64,000 nt of DNA from Octopus vulgaris. Lineage: Eukaryota. Position numbers and translations under genes: made by a program. The DNA lies in assembly GCA_951406725.2 (NCBI GenBank), contig OX597820.1:59272001-59336000 (forward strand), read 5' to 3'. Each line of letters starts with the position of its first letter. Position 1 is the stretch's first letter. Below are positions 50,834-62,202 of this stretch, piece by piece. Under the pieces are notes generated by a model. That model was not told where the DNA came from. It saw only the letters and a program-made list of their open reading frames with translations, and did not search any database.

Positions 50834-51294
50834 CTGTTAGATGATAATAAATAATGGCAGTTATGTTTGCAATTGACATCTTGTAATTGCAGGCATATGG
50901 TTATGAAGTCTGCTTTCCAACTATATGGTTTCAGATTCAATCCTACTCTGTGCGCTCTTGGGCAATTACATTCTATTATAGCTTAGGGTTGACCAAAGTC
51001 TTGTGAGTGGATTTAGTAGACAGAAACTAAAAAAAAGCCCACCATATATGTGAGTGAGTGTATGGGTGTGTGTGGTTTAACATCTGCCTTCCATGCTGGC
51101 ATGGGTTGGAAATATATATATATATATATATATATATAGATAGATATTTACATATATATAATATGTACATATAAGTTAATTAGAGGATATATTAACTTCT
51201 TAAAGGGATGATTACATCCAATAAAATGCTGGTTCTATACCGAATATTTTTGGGAAGTAAAATTTCCCTACATCAATAAGTATATATTAAGCAT

Positions 51295-51702
51295 ATAATC
51301 AGTAATCAATTAACAGAAGAAAAGAAAATGGAGGGTTGAAAGTTAATAATTATTTATTTATAAATTGATAATTCTTACTTCCTACAGCTGTTTCCATTTG
51401 TGCTCATTAAATAAATTACAAATTTATACTTTAAATTTGCATTTATAAGATATGAGCAAAATATCATCAAGAAAAAAGATAAATATTAAAAGATTACATG
51501 TTGACTTCTTAGTTCATACCAGTAGACTGATGATATTTTGCTCATATCTTATAAATGCAAATTTAAAGCATAAATTTATAATTTATTTAATGAACACAAA
51601 TGGAAATAGCTATAAGAAGTAAGAATTATCAATCTATTAATAAATAATTATTAACTTTCAACTTTCCATTTTCTTTTCTTCTATTAATTGAATACTGATT
51701 AT
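51295..51702. repeat. Long palindrome, PLE pLTR-like, with hammerhead motifs
   Basis: Arms 51295-51469 and 51528-51702 (175 bp each), AT-rich, with (TA)n nearby on both sides. Confidence 0.9.
51378..51475 (-). ncRNA. Type I hammerhead ribozyme motif with long stem II
   Basis: Minus strand ttttc-TTGATGA-[tattttgctcat...atgagcacaaatg]-GAAA-cagct-GTA-ggaag. The mirror copy on + has CTGATGA (51527) and GAAA-tagct-ATA (51603-51614). Confidence 0.6.
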
Positions 51703-52024
51703 GTATATCTACATTAGCTGGCCCTGTACCATAAAAAAATGATGGCTAATTGGCATATTTTATATATATAAATAAGGATGGTAAATCAAATTAATACACT
51801 TGTCAATGTTATCTAGTGGTTGTCTTTTGAGATGTAACATCAATCATCGTTTGTTACTGAAAGAATGCTGGTTTACATACAAACATTCACATACCTCCCT
51901 TTTACATACACACATACATATACTCACAGAGTTAAAACGCTTCCACTACCAGCTTGCCATCATCCCTTCCTTCTTGTTCATTCATATGTTGTGATGGAGA
52001 AAAACACAAGAGTATTATTATAGT

Positions 52025-52072
<48 letters not shown>

Positions 52073-52330
52073 GTGATACCTGTGCTGGTGGCATGTAAAA
52101 AGCACCATCTGAACGTGGCCACTGCCAGCCTCGTCTAGCACCTGTGCCGGTGGCACGTAAAAAGCACCCACTACACTCACAGAGTGGTTGGTGTTAGGAA
52201 GGGCATCCAGCTGTAGAAACACTGCCAGATCAGACTGGAGCCTGGTACAGCCTCCTGGCTTCCCAGACCCCGGTTGAACCGTCCAACCCATGCTAGCACA
52301 GAAAACGGACATTAAATGATGATGATAATG
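52073..52330 (+). mobile_element. SINE family C, 3' part
   Basis: Two internal units and the conserved tail. Confidence 0.9.
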
Positions 52331-52384
52331 ATATATATATATGTATACCAACATATACGTGTGTGTATGTGCATGCATGGGTGT

Positions 52385-52645
52385 ATTTGTGTCTCTTTGT
52401 TTTGACACTGTGTACTAGTTATAAACAAATGTCACCATTTTACAAGCAGTACCATTTATTTCTTATCTTCCTGAAAACATATCTATCCATGAGGAAATAT
52501 TACCTTGCTTGGAAACAGGTAAGGGTTGGTGACAGGAAGGGCATCCAATCATAGAAAATCTGTCTCGGTGGCTTCTGTCCTGTTCATGCAGGCATGGACA
52601 AGTGAATGTTAAAATGATGACGACAATGATGATGATGATGATGAA
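52385..52645 (+). mobile_element. SINE family G (shares the aggaagggcatcc box and (GAT)n tail with family C)
   Basis: ggaaatattaccttgcttggaaacaggtaagggttggtgacaggaagggcatcc; related copies at about 11270-11440 (+) and 19865-20090, 49085-49320 and 50150-50350 (-). Confidence 0.7.
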
Positions 52646-52647
52646 TA

Positions 52648-52970
52648 GCCCTTTCAGGGATAATTTTCTCCTAGCCAATTTCTGAGTAAAACTGTCTACT
52701 TTGCTTATAACCTTGTTCCAGTTGCTTTCCACTGGCAAGTCTGACACAAACAAAACTCCCATGCATTTTGACAAGGGTGTCATTCCTGTGACAATGTTAA
52801 CTGGCATAAATTAATTAGCCATCCTGGATGTTACGTTACAAGCCCACCAAACTGTACTTTAATAAAGTACTACACATAACTGACCTCCTAGCTGAAACTT
52901 GTTAAAACTCTGTGATATTCATGTGAAACTTCACCTGTTTTAAAAAAAATGACATGGTAAAGATACAAAA
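52648..52970 (-). mobile_element. L1/Tx1-like LINE RT C-terminal relic
   Basis: KCMGVLF...ESNWNKVISKVDSFTQKLARRKLSLKG (LG.....NW......W..R.LSL.G motif). Confidence 0.65.
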
Positions 52971-53399
52971 GAAATTCAGCAAACACACTAGTAGATGACA
53001 CATAATAAGCCAGATATGTCAGGTGAACAATACATAAATAATCAATATAGCAATACTAGATAACTATGATTTAGGGTTGAAATAAGCAGAAAAGCCAAGG
53101 AATTTCACTGACTTATTTACTGAATTAAAACCATCACAGCAGTTACGATACATGTCCATGCTTCCATTTATATTTGATGTGATTGGAATGATGCACAAGC
53201 ACTTCAGTGAAAACATTCAGAGATTGCATATAATCTCAATATAATAACAATACCAAGGTCTGCAAATATTGTTGAGGGATTCTCATATGGTATTTGTCAA
53301 CCTTGAATAATTCTTAGAATGTGTTCTAAAATGTACCTAATTCTTTTTGATGTAAGAAAGAAAACACTTGATGAATTATTGAAATCAATGGTCATAATA

Positions 53400-53626
53400 T
53401 TGGCTTTAAATTTTGGTACAAGGCCAGCAATTTGGGGGAAGGGGTTAAGCTGATCACACTGACCCCGGAACTCAACTGGTAATCATTTTATATGTCCCAA
53501 AAGGATGAAAGGCAAAGCTGACTTTGGCAGAATTTGAACTCAGAATGTAGAGCTGCAACGCATTCTGAAGAAATGCCACTAAGCATTTTGCCTGGTACAG
53601 TAACACTTCTGCTAACTCACTGCCTT
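53400..53626 (-). mobile_element. SINE family B
   Basis: aaaggatgaaaggcaaagctgactttggcagaatttgaactcagaat...ctaactcactgcctt. Confidence 0.8.
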
Positions 53627-53629
53627 GAA

Positions 53630-53665
<36 letters not shown>

Positions 53666-53707
53666 CACTACCACTACTACTACTACTACTACTAATAATA
53701 ATAATAA

Positions 53708-55110
53708 AAATGGTGACAAGTAGAGAAAAGCTTGTCAGGACAGAAGGTACATGGTTGCCAAGTGGTGAACTGATGAAGGCAATTCAACCCTAATCCAGCC
53801 ATAAATACTAGAGGTAGATGGAATTAAGCACAATGACATGAAGAAAAAGATTAAAAGAGAGTACCTGCAGTGAATGAGAAAAATATTGGCTTCAAAGATG
53901 AATACTAGAAACATAATTTCAGTGATAAACTCACACGCAGTCACAGCAGTTCGGTATGGTGCTGGAATCAAGAAGTGGACCAAGGAGGAGCTAAAGGAGA
54001 TGGCTCCTAACGATGCATTGAGCCCATCATCTACATCCAGATACTAATCACCTATACATGAAGAGAGCGAATGGAGGAAGAGGACTGATAAGTGTGGAAC
54101 TCTGCATACGTGTCAAACTTGAGAGTTTAATGAGATACCAAGCCCAAAATAAGGAAACCTTGCTAGTGTCAGATAGGAACGAGGGAGTATTGAAAGCAGA
54201 GAAAAAAGGTAAAACAAAAGAAAAAGTGCAAAAAGCACATGAAGAAGAATTACGCAATAAGGGACTACACTATCAATTTCATGTAGCCACAACAGAAGTT
54301 ACTGGAAAAAATAGGTGGGATTGACTGAAGAAATGAACATTAAAAAAGAGACCAAGAGCATTATACTGGCAGTGCAAAACCAAGCTTTGGCCACAAACTA
54401 GAGGGTCAACCTTTGGAATGAGCAAATGTCTCTACTGTGTCACATCTGTAATAGGGTGGATGAAACCATGACCCATATCACGAACAAATGCCCTAGACTT
54501 GCCCCAAACCACTATAAGTCATGGCAACATGATCAGGTAGCAAAAGTGTTACACTGGAAACTGTGCAAAAAGTGAAGGCTAGAGAGAGGGGCAAGATATG
54601 GTATGAGCACAAACCACAGAGAGTGGTAGAGTTTGAGACTAGCAAAATCCTCTGGGATTTCCCAATCCAAATACATCAGGTGCTATAGCATAACTGACGA
54701 GACCTAGTGGTGGTCGATAAGATGTTCCACCTGTGCTATATAGTTGATGTTGCATGCCTCTTTGACCCATGAATAGTCAAGAATGAAGGTGAAAAAATAG
54801 ATAAATACAATCCTCTTAAGTACGAAATAGCCTGGCTATGGAAAATGAAGAAGGTAAAGATAGTGCCAATTATTGTTGGGTCCTTGGAGACAGTATCAGA
54901 AGATATCAAGAGGAATATAAAGGAAATTGAAATAGAGTGCCCAGTAGAACTGTTACAACAGGGTTGCCTCTTTGGCATGGTCAGAATAATCATGAAAGTA
55001 CTAGATAGCTAAAAAGAATGGATAGTATGGTACCTAAGCTGCAGGTAGAAAGCCCACTAAACATACAACACTCCAGGAGTTCCAACAAAAACCTGTGATA
55101 AAAAGAAATG
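53708..55110 (+). mobile_element. Dong/R4-clade non-LTR retrotransposon (restriction-like endonuclease type), 5' truncated, in (TAA)n
   Basis: LYMKRANGGRGLISVE; CCHC finger CHICNRVDETMTHITNKC (54438); HDQVAKVLHWKLC; WYEHKP; ILWDFPIQ; RDLVVVDK..IVDVAC...EKIDKY..L (PD-(D/E)xK); stop at 55010. (TAA)n on both flanks. Confidence 0.9.
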
Positions 55111-55123
55111 ATAATAATAATAA

Positions 55124-55645
55124 ATGCCCTGGTGCAGTACCAGGCACTGGCTCCCATGGCTTCTGATCTTAACTGATAGCAAGTGTTATTATGTACATGT
55201 TTTGTTTTAGTATAAAAAAGATGGGCTACAGCAAATATTGTACTCAATACCACAGATTTGCTTGTCAGTTGCTTGATCTTAACCAGTTGAGCATGTCCCT
55301 TAGTGGCTGACAATATGTGCATCTCTGACCATGAGCAGAAGTAGTGGGGGAGCATCATAGCCATATGTCGAGAGGAATTTGGTGGGGTTTGAATAATTCA
55401 CCTTTGAAAGTATGAGTGTTTCATTCCACATCTTTAAACAACCCTTATTCAGGAACCTTTTGAGCAGGATGGGCTACTGCAAGATCATGCACAGTTTATC
55501 TTGATGTAAAATCACCATGTCGTGCACATATGGTTGTGATGCATGTGCCTGGTGTACTCTTATAAGACTGTAGTCATGATGGGTATATAGGGCTTCATAT
55601 ATTTATACTCCAGTGTCACTTTGATGGCATGTACTGTTCTCTCAC

Positions 55646-55646
<1 letters not shown>
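55124..55646 (+). mobile_element. Unclassified ~520-bp element embedded in (TAA)n
   Basis: Non-coding, more GC-rich than the flanks, bounded by TAA repeats on the left (55110-55123) and right (55647-55707). Confidence 0.5.
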
Positions 55647-55707
<61 letters not shown>

Positions 55708-55915
55708 CCTTTCTACTGTAGGCACAAGCCCTAAAATTTTGGCAGAGAGGGCTATTTGATTATATCGACCCCAAGTACTTAATGTACTTTATTGACCCTG
55801 ATAGGATGAAAGGCAAAGTTGACCTCAGCAGAATTTGAACTCAGAAATAAAGACATCAGAAAGGCTACTAAGCATTTTGTCTGGAGCAGAAACTGATTCT
55901 ACCAGCCCATTACCT
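55708..55915 (-). mobile_element. SINE family B whose (ATT)n tail forms the TAA array
   Basis: cctttctactgtaggcacaag directly abuts the TAA array, the same tail junction as the + copy at 14460-14502. Confidence 0.8.
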
Positions 55916-56881
55916 TAACAATAATAAAAATGATGGTTTCTGATTGAGGTACAAGGCCAGCAATTTTGAGGGAGGTGGTTAGTTGATACCATCAATCCCC
56001 ATATCAAACAGGAACTTTATTCTATCAACCCTGAAAGGATGGAAGGCAAAGTTAACCTTGGCAGGATTTGAAGTCAGATTGTAAAAGTATACTTCTAAAT
56101 ACTTCTAGGCATTTATATGATACTGGAATAACTCTGCCAAACTAATAATTTCTAAAAAAGGCACAAAGTTACAAACTTTGGGAGAGGTCATAGTGAATTA
56201 AAATGACCTTGTGCTTGCCTGCTACTTAGTTTTATTGAAGATAACAAAACCTGGACTAAGAATATAAGGAAACATAACTAAATATTACAAGACGTTAGTC
56301 TGTCATCCTACGAATCAGCTAATCCATGGCCCTTTATGCTAATAACAATAATTTTTACTTTTTGGCTACAAGGGCTTAGGAAGTTCAAGGATGAAATACA
56401 AAAGCAGTGGAGGACTCACATCAAGTAATAGAGTGAAATCAATAACATAAAGAACAGTAAAACAAGAAAGAACCTTGAAATGGCTGACAACTATATTTGG
56501 GGTACTCCACACAAAACTCCAGATTATTTCAAACGTCAAAAGCAAAACTTTTTCCTGGTTCATGCCACTCTCCCTCGTTTTTCATAAAATTTACTAGAGA
56601 CCACACCATCCATTCAACTTTTACTTTCCTCTGCAAACTTCAAGTGGTACTTGATGTGAACTTGACTTGAAGGTAAGAACTTTGTTCTCTAACCTTTCAA
56701 ACTACATTCATGACACAACTCCCTTTGCCAATACCCTCAGGCACAAGAAGACATCAACACTCCCTTCCTTGCCAAAATAAGGCAGTTGTTTGATCTTCAC
56801 AATAAACTTGTTTGATAGCCAGATCAGTCCTAAATATAATAACAACTGCACAAAAATCTAAATAATAATATTTCTAAACCA

Positions 56882-57258
56882 TATTCTTTTATTCTTTTAC
56901 TTGTTTCAATCTTCTGACTGAAGCCATGCTGGAGCACCACCTTTACATGAACATATCGACCCCAGGACTTTGTAAGCCTAGTACTTATTCAATTGGTCTC
57001 TTTTTCCAAACCACTAAGTTTCAGGGACGTAAACACACCATCATCGGTTGTGAAGTGATGGTGGGGGACAAACATGGACACACAAACACACACACATGTA
57101 GGCTTCTTTCAGTTTCTGTCTACCAAATCCACTCACAAGGCTTTGGTTGGCCCGAGGTTATAGTAGAAGACACTTTCCCAAGATGCCACACAGTAGGACT
57201 GAACCTAGAGCCATATGGTTGATAAGCAAGCTACTTACCACACAGCCATGCCTGCGCT
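56882..57258 (-). mobile_element. SINE family A, full length
   Basis: tattcttttattcttttacttgtttc...accacacagccatgcctgcgc. Confidence 0.9.
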
Positions 57259-57354
57259 TGTGATTGCAAATTTTGTGAGTATAGTCAATTATCTCAACCT
57301 CAGTACTTAACTATATTTTATTTTATTGACTTTTATATTTTATTTTATTGATTT

Positions 57355-57830
57355 TATTCGAAATCAAATTCTATGATTGGCATCTGTGCTAGTGGAGCAC
57401 TAAGAGCTCCATCCGAGCGTGATCATTTGCCAGAGCAACTGACTAGCTTCTGTGCTGGTGGCACATAAAAAGCACCATTTGAGCGTGATCATTACCAGCA
57501 TTGGTTTACTGGCACTTGTGCCGGTGGCATGAAAAAACATTTGAGTGAGGTCATTACCAGTGCCGCTGGACTAGCTCCTGTGCAGGTGGCACATAAAAAA
57601 CACCATTTGAGCGTGGTTTTTGCCAGTACCGCCTGACTGGCCCTTGTGCCAGTGGCACGTAAAAGCACCTATACACTCTCGGAGTGGTTGGTGTTAGGAA
57701 GGGCATCCAGCTGTAGAAACTCTGCCAGATCAGATTGGAGCCTGGTGCAGCCATCTGGTTCACCAGTCCTCAGTCAAATCGTCCAATCCATGCTAGCATG
57801 GAAAGCGGATGGTTAAACGATGATGATGAT
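57355..57830 (+). mobile_element. SINE family C with about 5 internal tandem units
   Basis: Repeated gtg.ggtggcacataaaaagcaccatttgagcgtg units and the conserved tail. Confidence 0.9.
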
Positions 57831-57931
57831 GACTCTGGAATGAAGAAATTCAAAATTGACCTCAGTGGGATTTGAACTCTAAATGAAAATAACAACATAA
57901 TAAAGTGGTTTTTTTTTATCTTGGAGCATAC

Positions 57932-58113
57932 CTGATTCAGCCCTCCTGACCTCTGATCTTATAAGACCCTGTGATGGATATTTTTTCTTGCGCATCCGTG
58001 AAAAGCTTTTCCGCAATTTGTTTGCTTTATTGACGCTGAATGTTGATAAAGATCTCCTCATGTTGGACAGCTGTGGTACTATATTCAAATCGCGTCTCCA
58101 TACAGATCTTGAA
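57932..58113 (-). CDS. Internal coding exon, Arg/Lys-rich segment of the same gene
   Basis: Acceptor ttattgttgtctacag|T (phase 2) and donor TCAG|gtatgc (phase 1). Only one open frame: SSRSVWRRDLNIVPQLSNMRRSLSTFSVNKANKLRKSFSRMRKKKYPSQGLIRSEVRRAES. Phase-compatible with the 63668 exon. Confidence 0.75.
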
Positions 58114-58730
58114 CTGTAGACAACAATAACAATAGCAGTTACAATAATGATTACAAACAGAAACAAAAGAGATCAAATTTGGGGAGAGAAGGGATATACT
58201 CAATTGAAAAGTAAAGTCAACTTCAGTGGGATCTGAAGTTCAGTGTAAAGGTATACAGCTTAATACTACAAAATGTTTTATCTGTCACTTTTCTATCCAC
58301 CAGTATTAATTATAATTTTTAATTTAGACATAAAGCCAGGAACTTTGGGCGAGAGATAAGCTGATTAAATTGACCGGTCAATTTAATTAATTATTCTTCA
58401 TAAGTACTTTTACTTTACCAGCCCCAGAAGGATTTGACCTCAGAACATGCAGATTATAGAATCAGAGCAAATACTGCAAAGCAGCACAGGTATGGCAAGA
58501 ATGATTAGATAAAGAATAATGGAAAATAACATATATGCTGGAGTATAAGACCACCTAGTAGCCTTAAAAAATACCCATCAGAATAGGAGAGGCAATGGGG
58601 AGTATACTCCTGATGTAAAATATAAACCTTAAATTTTGTATTGTTAAATATAAATAATGGTTGATGATAGACTAAACTCTACCTTGCTAATTACTGACAC
58701 ATCTTATGCACCAAGTCATATTTTACACTG

Positions 58731-58775
<45 letters not shown>

Positions 58776-58854
58776 AATTGCAGTGTGGAAGGTGTTTATA
58801 AGCCATTTAAGAAACACACAAAACTGTTAGATTCACTTCAACATTTAAATTTAA

Positions 58855-58905
58855 TTTGTCAAAATATTTTCGTCGCTTTGAGACCGTGACCTGTTCACTG
58901 ACAAA
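58855..58905 (-). ncRNA. Mirror copy of the G3-C8 hammerhead variant
   Basis: Identical sequence on the minus strand of the left arm. Confidence 0.6.
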
Positions 58906-58924
58906 GCTTGGTGCTGCACAAAAC

Positions 58925-58975
58925 TTTGTCAGTGAACAGGTCACGGTCTCAAAGCGACGAAAATATTTTGACAAA
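58925..58975 (+). ncRNA. Minimal type I hammerhead ribozyme variant (G3-C8 core)
   Basis: tttgtca-GTGAACA-g-gtcac/ggtctcaaa/gcgac-GAAA-atat-TT-tgacaaa: 7-bp stem I, stem II, palindromic stem III AATATT. Confidence 0.6.
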
Positions 58976-59112
58976 TTAAATTTAAATGTTGAAGTGAATC
59001 TAACGGTTTTGTGTGTTTCTTAAATGGCTTATAAACACCTTCCACGCTGCAATTGTTTTCGTTCCAGCACACGATCTCAGATCAAGTCACTCGCTATGCA
59101 AGTACATCTCCG

Positions 59113-59155
<43 letters not shown>

Positions 59156-59732
59156 AGAGAGAGAGAGAGCAATAAGAAAATGGAAGGGATGAATATACAT
59201 ACATGTATAACGTATTATGCTTTACATATAAAATATATAAAGATACCAGTAATTATTAAAATATATAACATACAGGAATAGAAATTGGGAAAATATATAA
59301 CAGCTGTTTCAGCCAAGATGCAAAAATACCTCATTCTACCTTTATCCCTCCAGTAGACTGAAGTAATTAGTAGATGCACACACACACATACATGTATATG
59401 GTAAGAGAAAAAATACTTTTTATAAGTTGATAGTTATTGTTGTTGCTTAGCTCCAGGCTAGCCTTGACTGAGCAAAATTATAATCAAAACTATTTTGGAC
59501 ATGACTATCATGACTTTTTCTTTATCAAAGATAACCATGTCTAACAAATCCTCTTTTAGCACAACCATTTTGGTGCCACCTATTTGGAGATGGTGATTCA
59601 ATGCGGTCATCAGATGTATTAATGTTTCATTTGTTCTCTCTCTCTCTCTCTCTCTTTCTCACTCTGTTTTGTGTATCTAGTTATGCTTGTATGTATGTGT
59701 AATCTCTCTCTCTTTCTATCAATCTAGCTGTA

Positions 59733-60600
59733 TGAGGTGGTATCAAAAAGTTCCCAGGTTAGTTCTGTAGCACACCAACAGATGGCAGCACATGGTTGTA
59801 TGCACAGCAAGAGCTAGCAGAGACCTTCATGAGGCACTGTGCAGAGTAACATCACTGTTTACTTTGCAAGTTGTGAAATTTGTGTTTTTATGATCACGTG
59901 TATGATGTAGTCTGTGATTTTGTCATGGACAGAAAGAGCCAACATGAAATTTTGTGTTAAATTTGGCAAGTCTGCTAAAGCGACATTGAGCATGCTTTGG
60001 CAAGCTTATGGCGATGAGGTAATGGGTCATACACAATCTTTCAAGTGATATGGGCACTTCAAAAGTGAAAGAACATCCCAGAAAAACGATGAGCAATCTG
60101 GAAGGCCTGCCACAAGTGAAATCCCCAGAAACGTGGTATTGTGCATAGAGAATTTGTCTCCAAGGGCCAGACCATCAACTGGGAGTTCTACTGCAACACT
60201 TTGAAGTGTTTGAGGGAGGGCATTTGGTAAAAGCAACTAGACCTGTGGAGTGCAAAGAATTGGATTTTGCACGACGACAATGCATCCCATCACTGATCTC
60301 TCCTCACTTGTGAGTTTTTGCCAAAAACAACATGGTATTGCTTCTGCACCCACCCATTTTTACCAGATATAGCACCTACAAAATTCTATCTCTTCCCTAA
60401 AATGAAAATGCAGCTCAAAGGTTGCTGTTTTAACACTGTAGTCAAGACCCAGAGCAAATCACAAAAGGCCCTTGACTCGCTTACAGAAAACAACTTACAA
60501 ACCAGATTCCAAAAGTGGCAGGAATGCTGGGACTGGTGTATTTCTATGCAAGGTGACTATTTCAAAGGCAATGATGTTAAAACTTAAGTAAATAAGGTAT
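59733..60600 (+). mobile_element. Mariner (irritans-like) element, internally deleted
   Basis: TA|tgaggtggtatcaaaaagtt terminus; RANMKFCVKFGKSA...QSGRPATS joined directly to GIVHREFVSKGQTIN...WILHDDNA...PFLPDIAPTKFYLFPKMK...GDYFKG; right TIR not seen. Confidence 0.85.
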
Positions 60601-61539
60601 TGTAACCTATGCTCTAATTGATTTAACTAATTCATCACTTCTCTATCAATGTGTCAAAGGCTTTTTCCATTTTATGTGCTGGGACCATGTGGCAGTCTGA
60701 ATTACAGGAAATCAAGAGAATGTTAGAATTTCATAGCTTACTCCATAAGTCATATTCTTTAAAGTTTGTTATGTTGATAAAGTGCTAAAATATACAATCA
60801 CCAAAACATGTTGATTGTCCAGTCAACCATGCCAAATCATCAGCACATTTGTCTCATTCTGTTGACCTGGAGCTAAGCAACAATAACAATTAACTTCTAC
60901 AAAAATCATATACCTGTCCCTATATATACATCAATGTAAAAGATAACTTGGTGTATATGTCTGTAGCTAACAAAGCAGGGGTTAGCTTGTCATCAACCAT
61001 TACTCATATTTAACATCGGATTAAAGACTTGCATTTTATATCAAGGGATTTGGCTGCTATTTCTAACCGTGTCAACAGTTACATAATGGTTCTCTCATTG
61101 TTGCATTTACAAGTTAGTTATAAGTCAGGGATGCAAGAAAATACCAATAACACTTGCAGACCCTCCCAGCCTGTAGTTGATGCTTAGTTGGAACACCTGT
61201 AGGTCAATGTTTGTAGGTAAAAGTAAAAGCAAAGTGCATATTCCAAGGATAACACCATAATTCTCTTCTCTGCACACCTCTTGTAAAGAGGACAGAGATT
61301 TGTGTCAGTTGAGACTGTAGTAAGAGAAAATGGATGGAAGAAAGAAAGCCAGTGTTAGTGTAAGTGATGGAGACAAGAGTGTCTTTGTATAGTAAGTAGA
61401 AAATGTAAAATGGTCACCAACTGTTCCAATGATGAGCATTCCAGTAATTCAGTCAACTGTACAGTGTTCTCACTGAACTCTAGTGAGTATTCTCGACTAA
61501 TTTAATGAGCAGGTGAGTATTGCAAAAACATGTTTGTCA

Positions 61540-61752
61540 TTAATCCTTTTGAATAATACAACCTTTGCTACAATTAATTCTTAAAATAATGAAGAATTTA
61601 GTAAAATAGCTTTGTCATTATTAAGTTGGTGTTTGGAACATAAATCAGCACAAAATTTTGATGGGAGATTTTGATTCAGATCACTTTAAAAACAAGGCTT
61701 GTGTCACACAACTAAAGGCTAGCCTTAGACAGTTTGATATTAAAAGAGTTAA
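61540..61752. mobile_element. piggyBac-type MITE with TTAA ends
   Basis: TTAAtccttt ... aaaagagTTAA; reverse-orientation homologue of 43116-43345. Confidence 0.7.
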
Positions 61753-61836
61753 TGTGAACCTCAGACATAATCAACATCAGCATGACACTGTGTGCGACTA
61801 GCTGGAGCTTCATAGTACTAGTGCAATCCATCTGAT

Positions 61837-62202
61837 AAGCTGCAACACAGCTTCCATAAGGCATGTATTGATGTGTAGCAATAGTAAAAGACAGCTTTTC
61901 TTTTTACTTGTTTCACACATTGGATGGCAGCCACTGCCTTGGAGGGTTTTAATCAAATCATTTTAGTCAAGTCATTTTAGTCAAATCATTTTAGTCAAAT
62001 CATTTTAGTCAAATCATTTTAGTCAAATCATTTTAGTTAAATCATTTTAGTTAAATCGTTCAGTCAAACCAGAGAAGCTGCAACATAATTTCCATAACAA
62101 GGCATGCATTGATGTGCAGCAATAGTAAAAGACAGCTTTTCTTTTTACTTGCTTCACACATTGGATGGCAGCCACTGCCTTGGAGGGTTTTAGTCAAATC
62201 AT
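61837..62202. repeat. ~125-bp direct duplication separated by a 14-bp tandem array
   Basis: 61837-61961 is similar to 62075-62202; (agtcaaatcatttt) about 7x in between. Confidence 0.9.

Larger units (their letters stand above)
58772..59058. repeat. Near-perfect palindrome (135-bp arms, 17-bp spacer) in (TA)n; PLE pLTR-like
   Basis: Arms 58772-58906 and 58924-59058 differ at only 2 positions by my count; unique extension 59059-59115; (TA)n on both sides. Confidence 0.95.
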
